64,000 nt of DNA from an uncultured Gammaproteobacteria bacterium (GCA_964448705.1 CAYUZS010000002.1:113577-177576); one strand, 5' to 3'. Positions 47,851-57,870 are shown, counted from the stretch's first letter. Numbers and translations are program-made. Notes: generated from the letters alone by a model not told the origin.

Positions 47851-48079
47851 GACCTGGAGAACTTTGCTGAAGAATTTCAAGTAACCTTTGAGTAAGACTG
47901 AGACGAGATAAAAAGTAAACGACAAGAACAGTGACGACAAGGGTGCCAATAAGTGATCCCAGAGATTGAAAAAATCCGGAACGAAAACTATGAAAAGCAC
48001 TTTTCCAAGGATTGTTGAGGGTATTAAGGTGTTTATTAAGTTTTTTGATTTCGATTATAAGTGCCTGTTGTTCGGTCAT
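47837..48079 (-). CDS. Small hypothetical protein with C-terminal TM (doubtful)
   Basis: An 80-aa ORF fills the convergent gap between typA and the HIT gene. There is no homology signal. Confidence 0.2.
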   Translation of the reverse strand: MTEQQALIIEIKKLNKHLNTLNNPWKSAFHSFRSGFFQSLGSLIGTLVVTVLVVYFLSRLSLTQRLLEILQQSSPGLKTF

Positions 48080-48468
48080 GGATTTATTTTAACAGCTATT
48101 TTCTGTAAATCTTCTGAGGAAGAATTCAGGCGCAGATTATCATTAAAAAGGCCGGTAAAATTATCCTGAGGGTATCGAGGAATAAGGTGAAGATGAGCAT
48201 GTTCAACTTCGTTGCCGACAGTTAAGAGAGTAACAAAATCCGGGTTAAGAGTGGAATTAAGTTGATGAACAATAGTATTGGCAAAATTCCAAAAACCGGT
48301 GACATTTTCGATTTCATAAACCCAACGAAAATGTTTTTTAGGAACTACAAGAGTATGTCCGGGCGTATAGGGCCGGATGTCTAAAAAAGCGATAAACTCT
48401 TCGTTTTCAGCAATTTTGTAACAGGGAATTTCCCCTTTAATAATTTTACAAAAAATACATTCTTCCAT
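48076..48468 (-). CDS. HIT family (histidine triad) hydrolase
   Basis: HTLVVPKKH ... HAHLHLIP matches the HxHxHxx triad. Confidence 0.85.
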   Translation of the reverse strand: MEECIFCKIIKGEIPCYKIAENEEFIAFLDIRPYTPGHTLVVPKKHFRWVYEIENVTGFWNFANTIVHQLNSTLNPDFVTLLTVGNEVEHAHLHLIPRYPQDNFTGLFNDNLRLNSSSEDLQKIAVKINP

Positions 48469-48478
48469 AGATGTTTGT

Positions 48479-49489
48479 TTAAATTTCGCCTAATTGTGGG
48501 TATGTTTTTTGAATGACTTTTAATAAATATTTTTTGGCTTTAGGAATGGAATACGGCAAAGTAGCCCCGGCGGCTGCCTTATGACCACCACCAAAACCAG
48601 TGTTCACTGCGATTTGACTAAGATCATAATTATTAAGACGTTTACGTAAACTAACTTTAACCTGGCCGGGAGATGTTTCCATAAGACTGATACCGATTTC
48701 ATAACCAACAACAGCTTTTAATTGATTAGCTATTTCAATATTGCCATACTCTCCGGAGTCGAGGCCCATTTTTTGAAATTGACGATAACTGATAGTGGAA
48801 ATTGCCACCTGACCGGAAAAATATTTTTCGATATGGGATAAAAGATAGCCAACCAGAAGCAACCTTTCCGGAGTGTCGGAATTTTCGATTTCAAAAATAT
48901 AATTAAAATAATCGGGACAAGCAGCAGCCAACTTGGAGGCGATTCTAAATGTTTCCGAAGAAGTTGGTGAATATTTGTAACCATTGGTGTCGGTGTGAAG
49001 ACCAACAAGAAGACAGGCTGATTCGTCATAGGTGAATGGATGCTGATATTTTTCCATTATTTGGGCAACAATCTGACAAGTGGCCGGAGAAGATTCATCA
49101 ACATAATTTAATTTTCCGTATTTTGTATTTGATGAATGATGATCGATAACTAAAATATTGAGATCTGAAGGAAAAGTAAAACCTTCGGCCTTGGTGACTT
49201 GGCTTGGAGAAGAGGCATCGAGGGAGATAAATAAATCAAATTTACTTAGATCGATTTCGGTGATATTTTTATCAACGATATTTTCAAATCCCGGAAGATG
49301 AGACAAGTATCGTGACATTGGAGAATCCCCTTTTATCAGGGTTACTTTTTTGCCGATGGCAGTTAGAAAATGAAACATTGCCAGAGATGAACCGACAGAA
49401 TCACCGTCCGGACTGGGATGAAGGTGAAGAAGAATTTTTTTGGCTTGATCAATTTCTGATTTGATTTTGGTAAAGGATGAAGGTGACAT
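48479..49489 (-). CDS. nrnA: DHH/DHHA1 phosphoesterase, NrnA-like (oligoribonuclease / pAp phosphatase)
   Basis: HPSPDGDSVGSS, IDHHSSN (DHH motif) and GGGHKAAAG (DHHA1 GGGH). Confidence 0.8.
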   Translation of the reverse strand: MSPSSFTKIKSEIDQAKKILLHLHPSPDGDSVGSSLAMFHFLTAIGKKVTLIKGDSPMSRYLSHLPGFENIVDKNITEIDLSKFDLFISLDASSPSQVTKAEGFTFPSDLNILVIDHHSSNTKYGKLNYVDESSPATCQIVAQIMEKYQHPFTYDESACLLVGLHTDTNGYKYSPTSSETFRIASKLAAACPDYFNYIFEIENSDTPERLLLVGYLLSHIEKYFSGQVAISTISYRQFQKMGLDSGEYGNIEIANQLKAVVGYEIGISLMETSPGQVKVSLRKRLNNYDLSQIAVNTGFGGGHKAAAGATLPYSIPKAKKYLLKVIQKTYPQLGEI

Positions 49490-49496
49490 GGGGTTA

Positions 49497-51047
49497 TTAT
49501 AAATCCGAAGGGAGGTTATAACAATTCTGATTCAAATAATTCGGATTGGTTAGGTAACCCCTAAAAAGTGGTTGGCCTTGATAATCGTTGAACTCGAAGA
49601 TTTTAGTTAAACAATATTGTTTTATTTGATCCGGAGAAAAATCTCTATAGACAGAGTAAATTAACACCTGTTTTCGGTTGACATCGGACTGTTTATCGAT
49701 CCTTTTTATTACTATGTTGGGAAATTTGCCGGTGTTAACAAAGAGAGTGTTGTAATAGTAATTTTTTAAAACACCGTTTTGTTGTTGAAACTTTTCGGGC
49801 GGATATTTAGAAAAGAAGAGATATTCAATATGGGGTATGTGATATGAGTCATCAATTATAAAGTTCATATCCTGGTGATTATTAATAAATTCAGTTATTT
49901 CCTTAAATCCATCGTACCATTGAAAAGCCCTTTCTTTTGGTAAATATATAAAGTATGACCGCCAAATAAGAAGGAGGGATAGCGGTACAATTAACAGAAA
50001 CAGATATTTAGTGATTGGATAATCGAGCAATTTAATTATTCCTAAAGAGATAATGAGAGAATAGGGAAAGAGCAGGGCGACAGCCCTTTGGGTGGCATAA
50101 TTAGCGTTGGCGAAAGCGGCTGGAAGCGGTGCCAACAGTAACAGTAAAAATATGAGTCGATATAGGTAGTGATGACGGTTTTTAAATAAGTAGACAAAGC
50201 CAACAATCAAGGGAATAAATTGCCAAAAGTAAAAAATGGCGATTTGGGGAATTGACCGCTGAGGATCGATATCTTCCTGAGAAAAGATATTACTGGGAGA
50301 GAAAAAAGTGAGATATTGATTGAGGAAATTAATATTCAAGTAGCTACTTTTTATCCAAAAGGCCGGAGTAAATACCATATAGAAATTTGGGATCTGAATT
50401 ATAACTGTGGGAATTAATGCCTTTATAGTTTTTTTAAGTTCCGGTTTGAAGAGAAGAAGATAAATTAAAATAAGCAATGGTGACAAATAGCGGTAAGGAT
50501 GGGCGGCATAGGTACTGAAGGACAACAGAATAAAGGCAGGAGTCAATTTCTTTTCGGCCAACAAATAGGCTGCCCAACAAAATAAAAAGTAAGCGAAGGT
50601 GACCTCGTAGCCCAAACGGGCATTAAAGACAGACCAAGGTGTTAGATAATAACAAAGGAGGGCGAGCAGCAAAAAATAAGTATTATGGCGGGGAAGTAGT
50701 TTTTTTAAAAATAGATATAAAAAAACACCAGTAAGAATCATTAAAACAGCATTCACTCCCCTAACAGTAAGGACCGAAAGTCCAAAGATTTTTATAAAGG
50801 GTACCAAAAAATAAACAAACAAACCCGGGGTGTAGGATCCAAAAAATCTAAAAAGAACGGGTAGAATTTGGCCATATTCGTCACGACCGGTTTTGAGAAT
50901 GGAATAGGCATTATAGGCAACCACGGCTTCATCGGAATAGAATCCGGGCGGATTGTTTGACAAGTTGTAAAAATATAAAAAGGCGGCCAATAAGATAACG
51001 GGGAAAATCAACAAGTTTAATTTGGTGGTTATTTTTTTAGTAAGCAT
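49497..51047 (-). CDS. GT-C membrane glycosyltransferase, GT39/PMT-like (paralog 7; start moved to internal Met MLTKKITTKLNLL...)
   Basis: YSDEAVVAYNAYSILKTGRDEYGQILPVLFRFFGSYTPGLFVYFLVPF. The C-terminal domain carries SYHIPHIEYLFFSKYPPEKFQ. The ORF track extends to 51221, but the paralog alignment supports the Met at about 51047. Confidence 0.65.
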   Translation of the reverse strand: MLTKKITTKLNLLIFPVILLAAFLYFYNLSNNPPGFYSDEAVVAYNAYSILKTGRDEYGQILPVLFRFFGSYTPGLFVYFLVPFIKIFGLSVLTVRGVNAVLMILTGVFLYLFLKKLLPRHNTYFLLLALLCYYLTPWSVFNARLGYEVTFAYFLFCWAAYLLAEKKLTPAFILLSFSTYAAHPYRYLSPLLILIYLLLFKPELKKTIKALIPTVIIQIPNFYMVFTPAFWIKSSYLNINFLNQYLTFFSPSNIFSQEDIDPQRSIPQIAIFYFWQFIPLIVGFVYLFKNRHHYLYRLIFLLLLLAPLPAAFANANYATQRAVALLFPYSLIISLGIIKLLDYPITKYLFLLIVPLSLLLIWRSYFIYLPKERAFQWYDGFKEITEFINNHQDMNFIIDDSYHIPHIEYLFFSKYPPEKFQQQNGVLKNYYYNTLFVNTGKFPNIVIKRIDKQSDVNRKQVLIYSVYRDFSPDQIKQYCLTKIFEFNDYQGQPLFRGYLTNPNYLNQNCYNLPSDL

Positions 51048-51777
51048 TTTAGGTTTAGCCAGGCGATAAGCGGGCAGAAAGCATACATATATCGATTGTT
51101 GTAACCGATGATATTTATCAAAATTAACGGCAAAGCCAGCAGTATAACCAGAGTTGAGGTATCTTTTCTTTTTAGCCCAAAAAGACCGACAATAAAGAGC
51201 GGCAAGAAAATAATTTTCCACTCAGAAAAGTTGAGGTTGAAATTTAATGGATAAAAGAAACGATCGAGGGTTTTGAAAAATAGCTGGGAGTATTTTTTGT
51301 TTTCCAGCTGATTGCCGATCCTTAGGGCAGAAGCCGGATACATATTGATGTTGTGATATTGGTACAAATGGTATTCAGCCGGAGTCTGGATCCAAAGCCA
51401 TTGAATTTCGGTAGTTTTAAGCTGCCAAACAAGACAGGGAATTAGAGAAAGTATAAAAATAAGATTGAACAGACGTCTAGTTATAAGTTATTTTAGACCA
51501 CTTTGGACCAAGAAAAAGAGGTGGAAGTTTCTTTCACTAAAAGAGTTCGCAATTGTTTGTGAGTTATAACCTATGGAATATCATAATTATTTTTAGTAGA
51601 CAGGGATGAAGTGATAGCCGCGGATAAAATTAGTAGACCGCCGAAATAGGTTGAAATTTGGAGGACCTCTTTAAAGAAAATATAACCGAAGATAGAAGCA
51701 AATAATAATTCCAACGGCAGAATCAGAGAGCCGTGCTGCGCCTGAACATATTTAAATCCTTTCGTATTGGTTTTCAT
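51029..51777 (-). pseudogene. Possible decayed membrane-transporter gene remnant (EamA/DMT-like fragment)
   Basis: The 68-aa ORF 51571-51777 (GSLILPLELLFASIFGYIFFKEVLQISTYFGGLLILSAAI) looks like the end of an EamA repeat. A hydrophobic 112-aa ORF lies in another frame at 51029-51367. About 200 nt between them are non-coding. Confidence 0.25.
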
Positions 51778-51785
51778 AGGTTATT

Positions 51786-54461
51786 CTACCCTATTTCCGG
51801 ATAATGGCACTTCTTCCATTTTTTACCCGAACCGCACCAACAAGGATCGTTTCGGCCGATAGTATTATGAGAAACAACCGGAGTTGAAGGCAAAACAGAA
51901 GATGTTTTTTCAGTATTCCCGTCAACAGGTGCATGAGGATCGATCACCTCACCACGGCCTTCAGTGGCAGCTTCCGGCTTTGACTGAGGAACAGCAGTAA
52001 CAGGTTCAAGTCGATAGAACATCCGGGTTAGATTGTATTCAAACTGATGCATTAATTTTTGAAACATTTCATAACCCTCTTTACGATATTCAACTAAAGG
52101 ATCTTTCTGGGCATAACCCCGAAGACGGACACCGTCACGAAGATCATCGAGAGCGGTTAAATGCTCCACCCAAAGTGGATCCAAACTGCGGATGATAGCA
52201 TAAGAAAGAATATTGTTGCTAATATCGGCACCAAAATAATCTACCCGCTGCCGCCATTGTTTTTGAAGAATATCCATTAAAAATTCAACCGGATTATCGG
52301 CTTTTTCCAGATCTTTCTTCAGCCGACTGCGATCTGATTCAGAATAGGGCAGAATTTCTGAAAATTCCAAAATGATTTTATCGTAATCAATTTTTTCCTG
52401 AAGTGAATCGGTATTCATGGAAACAAGGGAGGAGATTTCTTTTTCCAAATATTTATTGATTTCTTCAAGATTTTTTTCGGGATTGTCTTTGGCACTGATT
52501 AAAGTCTGATCGCGGAGACCATAGATTATTTTTCGTTGTTTATTAATAACATCGTCATATTCCACCAGACTTTTTCTGACATCAAAATTGTAACCTTCAA
52601 CTTTAACCTGAATTTGTTCAATAACTTTGGAAACCAGAGGATGAGTTAATGGGGCATCATCGGGCATATTAAAACGTGTCATTAGTTCAGATATCTTTTC
52701 ACCACCAAAAATTCTCATCAAATCATCATCCAAAGCGACGTAAAATTGGGAAAAACCAGGATCACCCTGACGACCGGCCCGGCCCCGAAGCTGATTATCT
52801 ATCCGACGGGATTCATGACGTTCGGTACCAATAACATAAAGTCCGCCCAGATCGACAACTTTTTGATGATTGGCTTTCCAAACTTTTTTATCTATTTTGT
52901 CCTTGGGGCCACCTAAAATAATGTCGACTCCCCTTCCGGCCATATTGGTGGCGACAGTGACAGCACCGGGGACACCAGCCTTAGCGATGATTTCGGCTTC
53001 TGATTGGTGGTTTTTGGCATTAAGCATCTGGTACGGAATATGTTTTTTAGACAATAGAGAAGAAATGATTTCATTCTTTTCTATCGAGGTGGTACCGATT
53101 AAAACCGGCTGGCCTTTACGGTGTAGCTCTTCAATTTTGGCGGCAATAGCGGCATACTTAGAACGTTGTGTCTTGAAAATTAAATCATCGCTGTCCTGTC
53201 TTTGGAGAGGACGATAAGTGGGGATAGTGATAACGTCGAGATTATAAATCTTGCGAAACTCTTCGGCTTCGGTGGCGGCAGTTCCGGTCATACCGGCTAG
53301 TTTATCGTAGAGACGAAAATAGTTTTGAAAAGTGATAGTGGCCCACGTTTGAGATTCGCGTTGGACAGTAACATTTTCTTTGGCTTCGATAGCCTGATGA
53401 AGTCCATCAGACCAACGACGACCGGGCATAAGACGACCGGTAAATTCGTCGACGATAATTATTTCGCCGTCTTTAATGACGTAATCTTTATCTTTGTGGA
53501 ATAAGGCTCTGGCTTTGATGGCATTTTCAATGTAATGAATAGTTTCAAAAGATTCTTCGTAAAGATTATTAACATTGAGTACTTTTTCAACTTTACGGAT
53601 GCCGAATTCAGAAAGGGTGGCGGAACGGGATTTTTCATCAATCACGTAATCACTTGGCTGCAGCTGGGCGGATATTTGGGCAAATTTATAATATTTATCG
53701 GTAGGCTGATTATTGGGTGAGGAAATAATCAACGGAGTCCGGGCTTCGTCAATCAAAACAAAATCAACCTCGTCGACGATAGCAAAATAATGATTGTTCC
53801 GTTGAACTTTTTCCGATAGTTCGGAAACCATGTGATCACGAAGATAATCGAAACCAAATTCGTTGTTGGTTCCGTAAGTAATATCTGCCTGATAGGCCTC
53901 TTGTCGGGAAATCGGACGAAGATGAGCTAAACGATCATCTATTTTTTCTGTAGGATCGGTAAAATCTAGGTCTAAAAGACAGGACTGTTCATGGACGATA
54001 CAGGCAGTAGAAATACCAAGAAGATGGAGAGCCCTGGGATACCATCCGGCACCGACACGGGTTAAATAATCATTAGGAGTGATGACGTGAACTCCCTGAC
54101 CAGTTAGAGCATTCAGATAAGCCGGAAAGATAACCGAGTGTGTTTTTCCTTCACCGGTTCGCTGTTCGGCAATAGCACCATGATGAAGAGTGATGGCGGC
54201 CATAAGCTGAACGTCATAAGCCCGTTCACCGATAGTACGATTGATGGCTTCACGAACTACAGCGTAAGCTTCGGGTAATATGTCATCAAGGGTTTTTCCT
54301 TTTTGAATAAGTTCTTTAAAATATTCAGTTTTGGCGGATAACTGTTTGTCGGTAAGTTTAGAAATTTCCGGTTCTAATTTATTGATTTTATCAATTATCG
54401 ATTTATACGAAGAAATGCGGCGGTGATTGTCGTCAACTAAATTTTTTAGGAATGAAAGCAT
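51786..54461 (-). CDS. secA: Preprotein translocase ATPase SecA
   Basis: 891 aa. It has the SecA N-terminus, DEAD-like motor motifs and a C-terminal zinc-binding tail CWCGSGKKWKKCH. Confidence 0.95.
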   Translation of the reverse strand: MLSFLKNLVDDNHRRISSYKSIIDKINKLEPEISKLTDKQLSAKTEYFKELIQKGKTLDDILPEAYAVVREAINRTIGERAYDVQLMAAITLHHGAIAEQRTGEGKTHSVIFPAYLNALTGQGVHVITPNDYLTRVGAGWYPRALHLLGISTACIVHEQSCLLDLDFTDPTEKIDDRLAHLRPISRQEAYQADITYGTNNEFGFDYLRDHMVSELSEKVQRNNHYFAIVDEVDFVLIDEARTPLIISSPNNQPTDKYYKFAQISAQLQPSDYVIDEKSRSATLSEFGIRKVEKVLNVNNLYEESFETIHYIENAIKARALFHKDKDYVIKDGEIIIVDEFTGRLMPGRRWSDGLHQAIEAKENVTVQRESQTWATITFQNYFRLYDKLAGMTGTAATEAEEFRKIYNLDVITIPTYRPLQRQDSDDLIFKTQRSKYAAIAAKIEELHRKGQPVLIGTTSIEKNEIISSLLSKKHIPYQMLNAKNHQSEAEIIAKAGVPGAVTVATNMAGRGVDIILGGPKDKIDKKVWKANHQKVVDLGGLYVIGTERHESRRIDNQLRGRAGRQGDPGFSQFYVALDDDLMRIFGGEKISELMTRFNMPDDAPLTHPLVSKVIEQIQVKVEGYNFDVRKSLVEYDDVINKQRKIIYGLRDQTLISAKDNPEKNLEEINKYLEKEISSLVSMNTDSLQEKIDYDKIILEFSEILPYSESDRSRLKKDLEKADNPVEFLMDILQKQWRQRVDYFGADISNNILSYAIIRSLDPLWVEHLTALDDLRDGVRLRGYAQKDPLVEYRKEGYEMFQKLMHQFEYNLTRMFYRLEPVTAVPQSKPEAATEGRGEVIDPHAPVDGNTEKTSSVLPSTPVVSHNTIGRNDPCWCGSGKKWKKCHYPEIG

Positions 54462-54480
54462 AGGGATATTATATTCGATT
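54462..54480 (-). promoter_or_regulatory. Candidate -10 (TATAAT, minus strand, 54468-54473) placing a near-leaderless TSS for secA
   Basis: The minus strand reads aatcgaaTATAATatccctATG. Only 6 nt separate the -10 from the secA ATG. Confidence 0.25.
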
Positions 54481-54504
54481 TAAGATTAATTAGTGAAAAA
54501 GCAT

Positions 54505-54552
54505 CCGGGCCCGCCCAAAGGTTGAATTAATTCAACCAATGTGGCGGGCGGG
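54505..54552 (-). terminator. GC-rich hairpin with embedded 18-nt perfect palindrome; candidate serS terminator and/or operator in secA upstream region
   Basis: CCCGCCC (54510-54516) pairs with GGGCGGG (54546-54552). These flank the perfect palindrome GGTTGAATTAATTCAACC (54520-54537). On the minus strand a T5 run follows 9 nt after the stem. Confidence 0.3.
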
Positions 54553-54560
54553 TGGCTCCT

Positions 54561-55826
54561 CTACAATTTAGGGGAGATAACTTTGAAGCCGGTATACGGC
54601 CAGAGTACCTCAGGGATATTAATACTACCGTCTTTGTTTTGATGATTTTCTAAAATAGCCAATACAGCCCGGTCGGTAATAACGGTAGCATTTAAAATAT
54701 GGACCAGTTTGGTTTCACCATTAATTTTTACTTTGGTGTTTAACCGTCTGGCTTGATAATCGGAACAGTTACTGCAGCTCTGAGTTTCCCGATATTTGTT
54801 TTGTCCGGGAAACCAGGTGTTTATATCGTACATCCGTCGATTCGGTTGAGGGAGATCGCCGGTGCAGCACTTCATAACCTGATAAGACAATTTAAGCTCC
54901 TGCATAATTTCCTCTTCTACAGAAAGCATTTCCAAACACATATCATCGGAAATTTTAAGATCGGGAAGAGTGAAGACATTCATTTCCACTTTATTAAAGA
55001 AATGAACACGGAAAAGTCCGCGCATATCTTTTCCGTAAGTGCCGGCTTCACGACGAAAACACGGAGAATAATTTACATATTTTATGGGGAATAATTTTTC
55101 TTCCAAAATTTCTTTACTATGATATGGGACAACGGAATGTTCAGAAGAGCTGATGAAAATTAAATCGTCTTCGGGGATGGAGTAGGCAGCGTTAAAAAGA
55201 TTTTTGTTGCTGGTGTAACCACAACCCCATTCAGTCTGAGATTTGATCATGACCGGAGGGATCATCCCTCTAAAACCTTTGGAGACTAATTTAGTGAAAG
55301 CATAAAACATGACGGCCATTTCCAAAACAGCACCTTCATTTTTAAAATAACCAAAACGGCTTCCGGATAATTCTCCGGCTTTTTTAACATCAAGAATATC
55401 CAATTTTTCCCCTAAATCTATATGATCCAGAGGGGTAAAATCGAATTTCGGCGGTTCACCGACAGTCTTAAAGACAACGTTATCGGCATCGTCCTTACCA
55501 ACCGGAACATCTTCTGCCGGTAGATTGGGAATCTCTTCGAGAAGAGAATAAAGTTTTGTTTCACTTTCTTTGAGTTTCGTTTCAACATCACGAAGTTGAT
55601 CTTTTATTTTTTTGGCTTCTGATAATTGATCTTCGGTTGGTTTACCTTTAAAGTTTTTAGCCAATGAATTTTGTTCGGAACGAAGTTTTTCAGCTTGAGC
55701 CAAGACAGAACGATAATCCTGATCAAGAGTAATTACCTGATCAAGCAAAGAAGGATCTTTTTGGCGGTTTTGTAAAGCGAGTCGGACACTATCCGGATTG
55801 GTGCGAATTAAATTTATATCGAGCAT
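54561..55826 (-). CDS. serS: Seryl-tRNA synthetase
   Basis: The N-terminal coiled-coil arm (MLDINLIRTNPDSVRLAL...) and a class II catalytic core of 421 aa. Confidence 0.9.
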   Translation of the reverse strand: MLDINLIRTNPDSVRLALQNRQKDPSLLDQVITLDQDYRSVLAQAEKLRSEQNSLAKNFKGKPTEDQLSEAKKIKDQLRDVETKLKESETKLYSLLEEIPNLPAEDVPVGKDDADNVVFKTVGEPPKFDFTPLDHIDLGEKLDILDVKKAGELSGSRFGYFKNEGAVLEMAVMFYAFTKLVSKGFRGMIPPVMIKSQTEWGCGYTSNKNLFNAAYSIPEDDLIFISSSEHSVVPYHSKEILEEKLFPIKYVNYSPCFRREAGTYGKDMRGLFRVHFFNKVEMNVFTLPDLKISDDMCLEMLSVEEEIMQELKLSYQVMKCCTGDLPQPNRRMYDINTWFPGQNKYRETQSCSNCSDYQARRLNTKVKINGETKLVHILNATVITDRAVLAILENHQNKDGSINIPEVLWPYTGFKVISPKL

Positions 55827-56079
55827 TCTATACCTCTATTTTATCAAAATTAATAAAAGTTTTTATCGCAAATAAACAGCAAAATGCGATAGCAAATTGG
55901 TTTTGATGGGGACCAACTTATAACCCCAACGTAGAGGATAGTCCGGATTCGAAGCTGAAATGAAATGACGAAGCAAAGGTGTTCATAATAATTTTATTTT
56001 TTAGAAATATACCCTAGTATACAACTTATTGTGTTAATATTAACATAATTAGGCTGTTTAGAAAGGATGGTGAGAATAT

Positions 56080-56337
56080 TTGGATTATTTGAAAGTAGGA
56101 AAAATTAATCATTACTTTGACAAGATAGGAGTCGCAATTTTAGATGTCAGTGAGAATTCGGTAAAGGCCGGCGACAAAATCAGAATAGGAGAATTTGGTG
56201 AAGGTTTTGAACAGAAAGTCGAATCGATGCAGGCAGAACATCAGGTAGTAAAGGAGGCAAAAATCGGCGACCAGGTGGGGCTGAAAGTGGATAAGGAAGT
56301 TAAACCGGGAACCATGATCTACAAAATTGCCGACTAA
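56080..56337 (+). CDS. Small conserved hypothetical protein (beta-barrel, EF-Tu domain-2-like)
   Basis: 85 aa. GDKIRIGEFGEGF...IGDQVGLKVDKEVKPGTMIYKI resembles a translation-factor-like beta-barrel domain. Confidence 0.35.
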   Translation: MDYLKVGKINHYFDKIGVAILDVSENSVKAGDKIRIGEFGEGFEQKVESMQAEHQVVKEAKIGDQVGLKVDKEVKPGTMIYKIAD

Positions 56338-56340
56338 CTG

Positions 56341-57870
56341 TTACTTCTTTTTAGCCTTAGATTTGGGAGTTTTTAATTTATAGATTTTTATGGTTTCCGG
56401 ATTAAGTTCGTATTTAACCTGAGGAAAAAGCGTTCCTTCTCTGGCAGTGACATTTTCCAAAAACCAGAAGAGACGTTCACTGAAACCAAAACCGGAGGTT
56501 GGAGGCATACCGTATTCCAACATTTCTACAAAATCGATATCCATCATCTGGGATTCTTCATCACCTTTTTCCCGATTTTCCTGCTGCTCTTTAAAACGTT
56601 CGAACTGATCTACCGGATCATTTAATTCGGAGTAACCGTTGCCTAATTCGGAGCCGGCAATAATACAGTGAAAACGTTCAGTTAAGGTCTCATCATCAGC
56701 CCGTGATTTTGCCAAAGGAGATGAAAATTTCGGTTCATCGATCACAAAGAGAGGTCCGGATATTTCCTGACGGACAATTTTCCAAAGATTATCGACAATA
56801 CGACCGCGATTATTTAAACCGGTAGTATCAAGATGCTGTGTTTTAAGAATTTGAAGAATTTCTTCTTCACTATCGTTAAAAATGTCCACTGAAAATCGTT
56901 TTTTAATTAAATCAGCATAGCTGATTCTCTCCCATTTGTCGGCTAAATCAAATGTATGATTCCCTTTTTCAAATTTAGTTTTGCCGTAAATATTTTCAGC
57001 TAAATATTTATATAATTTCTCGACTAAGTCCATATTTTTAGTGTAATCAGCGTAAGCCCAATACCATTCGCCGCTGTAATATTCCTGGAGATGTTCATCA
57101 TCGATACCTTCATTCCTAAAATTGGGAGCCAAAGTAAATATTTTTTCAAATCCACCGCCGATTAATCTTTTTTGAAAAAGCTCCGTGGAAATACGTAAAT
57201 AAAAATCCTGATCTAAGGCATTATGGTGAGTGATAAAAGGTTTGGCATCGGCACCGCCGGTAACCAATTCCAAAACCGGGGTCTCGACTTCTATGAAACC
57301 ATTTTCGTTTAAAAATTGACGGGTTAACTGCCAAAATTTTGATTTGCGAATAAATAGTTTTTGACGGTCGGGGTTCATGACCAGATCCAAATATCGACGT
57401 CGGAAAATAATTTCCGGATCAGTGAGACCACTCCATTTTTCCGGCAAAGAACGAATGGATTTGGAAAGCATCCGGATATCACCGGGAAAAATCGAGACTT
57501 CACCGCGGATCGATTTACCAACTTTGCCAAAGACTTCAATAAAATCGCCAATGTCGATCAATTTTAAATTATCGGCACCGATGGTCTGATTTTTGGAACT
57601 GGTAGGTGATAAATCTTTTTTGTTGATAAAAACCTGAATTTTACCGGACTGATCCTGAAGATGACAAAAAATCAAAGCGCCGTGTTCCCGCCAGGAAACA
57701 ATTCTGCCGGCAACATGAATTTGTTTATCGGCTAAAGTTTCGTATTTTTCGACAACCTCCAAATTAGGATAATCTTTTTGGGACTGGGCCGGATAGGGAT
57801 TAATCCCTAATTTACGAAGAGACTCTACTTTCTCAAGACGAATCCGCCTAATTTCATCAAAGGTTGACAT
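56341..57870 (-). CDS. lysS: Lysyl-tRNA synthetase, class II
   Basis: The N-terminal OB anticodon-binding domain and class II motifs over 509 aa. The N-terminus MSTFDEIRRIRLEKVESLRKLGINPYP is typical of LysS. Confidence 0.9.
   Translation of the reverse strand: MSTFDEIRRIRLEKVESLRKLGINPYPAQSQKDYPNLEVVEKYETLADKQIHVAGRIVSWREHGALIFCHLQDQSGKIQVFINKKDLSPTSSKNQTIGADNLKLIDIGDFIEVFGKVGKSIRGEVSIFPGDIRMLSKSIRSLPEKWSGLTDPEIIFRRRYLDLVMNPDRQKLFIRKSKFWQLTRQFLNENGFIEVETPVLELVTGGADAKPFITHHNALDQDFYLRISTELFQKRLIGGGFEKIFTLAPNFRNEGIDDEHLQEYYSGEWYWAYADYTKNMDLVEKLYKYLAENIYGKTKFEKGNHTFDLADKWERISYADLIKKRFSVDIFNDSEEEILQILKTQHLDTTGLNNRGRIVDNLWKIVRQEISGPLFVIDEPKFSSPLAKSRADDETLTERFHCIIAGSELGNGYSELNDPVDQFERFKEQQENREKGDEESQMMDIDFVEMLEYGMPPTSGFGFSERLFWFLENVTAREGTLFPQVKYELNPETIKIYKLKTPKSKAKKK

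Noticed and set aside
55827-56079. Possible T-box riboswitch leader upstream of serS, and a tRNA-like TTCGAATCC element.
   Set aside because: Neither strand has a convincing match to the T-box consensus AATTAGGGTGGNACCGCG; the best is about 7 of 10 at GTTGGTCCCC. The TTCGAATCC string at about 55941-55952 (minus strand) lacks flanking complementary stems for a T-arm or acceptor stem. I cannot fold a cloverleaf from it.
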